Assembly (NCBI RefSeq): GCF_000010065.1
Contig: NC_006576.1
Location: 30,001-62,000, forward strand
Length of the DNA stretch: 32,000 nucleotides
Origin: Synechococcus elongatus PCC 6301
Lineage (GTDB): Bacteria > Cyanobacteriota > Cyanobacteriia > Synechococcales > Synechococcaceae
Direction of reading: 5' to 3'
The first letter of the stretch is position 1; each line of letters starts with the position of its first letter. The notes below the pieces were generated by a model. The model searched no databases and had not been told where the DNA came from. It saw only the letters and a program-made list of their open reading frames with translations. Both the position numbers and the translations under genes were made by a program. Shown here one piece after another: positions 29,105-32,000 of the stretch.

Positions 29105-29992
29105 CTACTGCGACTCCAGTTGCTTACGGGCTCGCTCAGCGCGATCGGCGGCAGAGGCTTGCAATTCCGCAACGTTTTCAAGAATTTCGCCGGGGTGATT
29201 TTCCAACACCTTGGTCGAGAGTGAAATCCGACCTTTGGTGTTGTCGATCGCCACGACCAAGGCTTGAATCGGGTCGCCAATTTTGAAGATTGCGCCGACA
29301 TCCGCCACAAATTTCTGGCTGATTTGGTTGATCGGCAGCAGCGCCGTCGCCCCTCCCAAATCAACAAAGACGCCAAAGGGTTTCAGCCCCGTCACCTTGC
29401 CGTTGATCAACTGACCGACTTCAATTTCCCGCACCAAGGCCGTGCGAGCCGCTTGCCGTTCCGACAGCACCAGCTTTTTATCGGCGCGGTTAACTTCCAA
29501 GAACGCAACCGTCAGGGTTTTACCCTTGAGGCTGTCCAAGTCTTCTTTCTCGTTCAGGTGCGATCGCGGAATAAAAGCGCGTAGCCCTTCCAGATCTGCC
29601 GTGACGCCGCCCTTGTTGCTACCGGTGACCTTGACCTGTACGGTTTGGCCGCCTTCCTGTAGCTCAGCGACGCGGGTCCAAGCCTGTTCCAAGGCCAAGG
29701 CTCGCAGGGACACCGTCACCTGGCCATCTTCGTTTTGGTCGCGGATGACGAGGAACTCAAGCTCTTCATCTTTGGGGAGATGCGCTTCCAAGTCCAATAC
29801 AGCGTGGAGAGCCGCTTCGCGCTTAGGTAAGAAGGCCGGCGCTTTGCCGCCAATGTCGATGTAGGCCCCATCGGTGCTGTATTCGCAGACCTTGCCGCGT
29901 ACCAGTTGGCCTTTTTGGGAATCCAGCGACTGGGCTTCCAAGGCTAGGGCAAAGTCGTCGTAGGAAGGGGTGTTGGCGGCAGAAGGACTCAT
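29105..29992 (-). CDS. 30S ribosomal protein S1-type protein (short cyanobacterial form with S1 RNA-binding repeats)
   Basis: 295 aa. Repeated S1 domains: VRGKVCEYSTDGAYIDIGGKAPAFLPKREA, VQVKVTGSNKGGVTADLEGLRAFIPRSHL and INGKVTGLKPFGVFVDLGGATALLPINQISQKFV. Confidence 0.93.
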   Translation of the reverse strand: MSPSAANTPSYDDFALALEAQSLDSQKGQLVRGKVCEYSTDGAYIDIGGKAPAFLPKREAALHAVLDLEAHLPKDEELEFLVIRDQNEDGQVTVSLRALALEQAWTRVAELQEGGQTVQVKVTGSNKGGVTADLEGLRAFIPRSHLNEKEDLDSLKGKTLTVAFLEVNRADKKLVLSERQAARTALVREIEVGQLINGKVTGLKPFGVFVDLGGATALLPINQISQKFVADVGAIFKIGDPIQALVVAIDNTKGRISLSTKVLENHPGEILENVAELQASAADRAERARKQLESQ

Positions 29993-30088
29993 ACTGTTCG
30001 GACGATGGACTTTCGCAGAATGCGGTTCTTCCTACTTTGACACTGCATTGCGATCGCTCACTAGCCCCTGAGGAGACAAGTCACGGCA

Positions 30089-30904
30089 ATGTTGCATGGA
30101 TCCATCCCCGCCGAGCGCTTCTTTCCTTACCTAAGCTGGCCTGAGATTGCGGCGCTACCCGATCCCGATCGCGTCCTGATCATTCAGCCGATCGGGGCGA
30201 TCGAGCAGCACGGTCCGCATTTGCCGCTGGTAGTGGATACCGCGATCGCAACCGCTGTGACCGGCGAGGCATTACGAAGATTGCCTGCCGAAATTGCTGC
30301 CTATGCCCTGCCAACCCTCTGCTACGGCAAATCCAACGAACATTGCCAGTTTCCGGGCACGATCAGGCTGCGGACAGAAACCCTGCTGGCCGTTTTGATC
30401 GACAGCGCTCACAGCCTCTATGCTGCGGGGTTCCGGCGACTGATCTGGCTAAATGGCCATGGGGGGCAGCCCCAGGTTTTGCAACTCGCGGCTCGTGATC
30501 TGCGCGAACAATTTCCAGGTTTCGAAGTTCTGCCACTGTTCGTCTGGAATGTACCCAACCAGATTGGTGAGCTGTTGACACCTCGCGAGCAGACTTTGGG
30601 TCTCCATGCTGGCGATGCGGAAACCAGCCTGATGCTGCATCTGCTGCCCGATCAGGTGCGAATGGATCAGGCGATCGCGGAATATCCGCCAGACTTGGAT
30701 GCTGAGGGTTTGCTGAGCTGGGAAGGCAATCTGCCGATCGCTTGGCTGACCCATGACCTCAGCCAGAGCGGTGTCATTGGCGATCCAACCCCAGCAACCG
30801 CTGCGAAAGGGGCAGAAATTTTTGAGCAATTGGTGCAGGGTTGGGTGCAAGTGCTGACGGTGATCGCCCACTGGCAGCGATCGTCCCTGCTGCCACCAAA
30901 GTAA
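30089..30904 (+). CDS. Creatininase / creatinine amidohydrolase family protein
   Basis: 271 aa. LIIQPIGAIEQHGPHLPLVVDTAIA, LPTLCYGKSNEHCQFPGTIRL, LIWLNGHGGQPQVL and DLHAGDAETSLML-like (GLHAGDAETSLMLHLLPDQV). Confidence 0.9.
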   Translation: MLHGSIPAERFFPYLSWPEIAALPDPDRVLIIQPIGAIEQHGPHLPLVVDTAIATAVTGEALRRLPAEIAAYALPTLCYGKSNEHCQFPGTIRLRTETLLAVLIDSAHSLYAAGFRRLIWLNGHGGQPQVLQLAARDLREQFPGFEVLPLFVWNVPNQIGELLTPREQTLGLHAGDAETSLMLHLLPDQVRMDQAIAEYPPDLDAEGLLSWEGNLPIAWLTHDLSQSGVIGDPTPATAAKGAEIFEQLVQGWVQVLTVIAHWQRSSLLPPK

Positions 30905-30922
30905 ATACCGCTAGAGTGTAGA

Positions 30923-30950
30923 TTGGTGCGTACCCCCTGGGATCCACCAA
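30923..30950. promoter_or_regulatory. Inverted repeat upstream of ado (TTGGTG...CACCAA)
   Basis: TTGGTG (30923-30928) and CACCAA (30945-30950) flank taccccctggg, in the 90-bp gap between the creatininase-family gene and ado. Confidence 0.3.
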
Positions 30951-30994
30951 ATCCCACATTCTCCCTCTCATCCGTGTCAGGAGACCGCAGACTC

Positions 30995-31690
30995 ATGCCG
31001 CAGCTTGAAGCCAGCCTTGAACTGGACTTTCAAAGCGAGTCCTACAAAGACGCTTACAGCCGCATCAACGCGATCGTGATTGAAGGCGAACAAGAGGCGT
31101 TCGACAACTACAATCGCCTTGCTGAGATGCTGCCCGACCAGCGGGATGAGCTTCACAAGCTAGCCAAGATGGAACAGCGCCACATGAAAGGCTTTATGGC
31201 CTGTGGCAAAAATCTCTCCGTCACTCCTGACATGGGTTTTGCCCAGAAATTTTTCGAGCGCTTGCACGAGAACTTCAAAGCGGCGGCTGCGGAAGGCAAG
31301 GTCGTCACCTGCCTACTGATTCAATCGCTAATCATCGAGTGCTTTGCGATCGCGGCTTACAACATCTACATCCCAGTGGCGGATGCTTTTGCCCGCAAAA
31401 TCACGGAGGGGGTCGTGCGCGACGAATACCTGCACCGCAACTTCGGTGAAGAGTGGCTGAAGGCGAATTTTGATGCTTCCAAAGCCGAACTGGAAGAAGC
31501 CAATCGTCAGAACCTGCCCTTGGTTTGGCTAATGCTCAACGAAGTGGCCGATGATGCTCGCGAACTCGGGATGGAGCGTGAGTCGCTCGTCGAGGACTTT
31601 ATGATTGCCTACGGTGAAGCTCTGGAAAACATCGGCTTCACAACGCGCGAAATCATGCGTATGTCCGCCTATGGCCTTGCGGCCGTTTGA
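30995..31690 (+). CDS. ado: Aldehyde deformylating oxygenase (alkane biosynthesis, ferritin-like di-iron)
   Basis: The 231 aa sequence [39 protein letters not shown]... is recognised as the S. elongatus enzyme. Di-iron ligand motifs are [25 protein letters not shown] and RDEYLH. The track start at 30923 is upstream of the true start at 30995. Confidence 0.98.
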
Positions 31691-31704
31691 TCCAGGAAAT
31701 CTGA

Positions 31705-32000
31705 ATGTTCGGTCTTATCGGTCATCTCACCAGTTTGGAGCAGGCCCGCGACGTTTCTCGCAGGATGGGCTACGACGAATACGCCGATCAAGGATTGGAG
31801 TTTTGGAGTAGCGCTCCTCCTCAAATCGTTGATGAAATCACAGTCACCAGTGCCACAGGCAAGGTGATTCACGGTCGCTACATCGAATCGTGTTTCTTGC
31901 CGGAAATGCTGGCGGCGCGCCGCTTCAAAACAGCCACGCGCAAAGTTCTCAATGCCATGTCCCATGCCCAAAAACACGGCATCGACATCTCGGCCTTGGG
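31705..32000 (+). CDS. aar: Long-chain acyl-ACP reductase (aldehyde-forming), N-terminal part (truncated by window end)
   Basis: ATG at 31705 opens [73 protein letters not shown]... and remains open to 32000. Directly downstream of ado, with GGA-rich spacer (tccaggaaatctg). Confidence 0.97.
   Translation, partial: MFGLIGHLTSLEQARDVSRRMGYDEYADQGLEFWSSAPPQIVDEITVTSATGKVIHGRYIESCFLPEMLAARRFKTATRKVLNAMSHAQKHGIDISAL

Noticed and set aside
1-32000. Search for CRISPR arrays, IS elements/transposases, phage genes, rRNA and tRNA genes
   Set aside because: By eye I found no regularly spaced repeats, no transposase or integrase motifs, and no T-loop-like tRNA signatures in the gaps. A tRNAscan-SE/Infernal run would be needed for certainty.
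1-32000. Frequent GCGATCGC octamers as a possible novel repeat
   Set aside because: This is the known HIP1 palindrome, common across cyanobacterial genomes, not a new element.

Overview
The window matches a chromosomal segment of the unicellular cyanobacterium Synechococcus elongatus (PCC 7942/6301 lineage). This rests on recognised PacS, ADO and AAR sequences and on abundant HIP1 (GCGATCGC) octamers. It holds about 23 supportable protein genes and no IS element, CRISPR array, rRNA or tRNA that I could recognise. In order: the 5' part of the copper P-ATPase gene pacS (-), an aquaporin-family gene (smpX, +), a co-directional cluster (GMC oxidoreductase, SDR, GH63-like glucosidase, GDE-type debranching enzyme), a canonical ClC (+), argS (-), tatC (-), a dual-specificity phosphatase-like gene (+), a small membrane protein (-), an M14 carboxypeptidase (+), mnmE (-), DUF2062 (+), selO (-), an amidase_2 (-), a histidine kinase (+), DUF1036 (-), a second and divergent ClC with CBS and USP-like domains (-), a tight rps1-tab2-pmbA run (-), a creatininase-family gene (+), and the alkane-biosynthesis genes ado and aar (+, aar truncated at the window edge). 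I see no convincing new multi-gene defence or mobile system. The best leads are: (1) the second ClC paralog has Gln at the positions of both the gating and the proton glutamate of E. coli ClC; (2) a roughly 180-nt, symmetrically self-complementary intergenic segment between clc and argS may be a structured small RNA of 6S-like size; (3) an apparent carbohydrate/redox gene cluster; (4) unusual gene junctions, including start codons overlapping within CATG and repeated 3-nt gaps.
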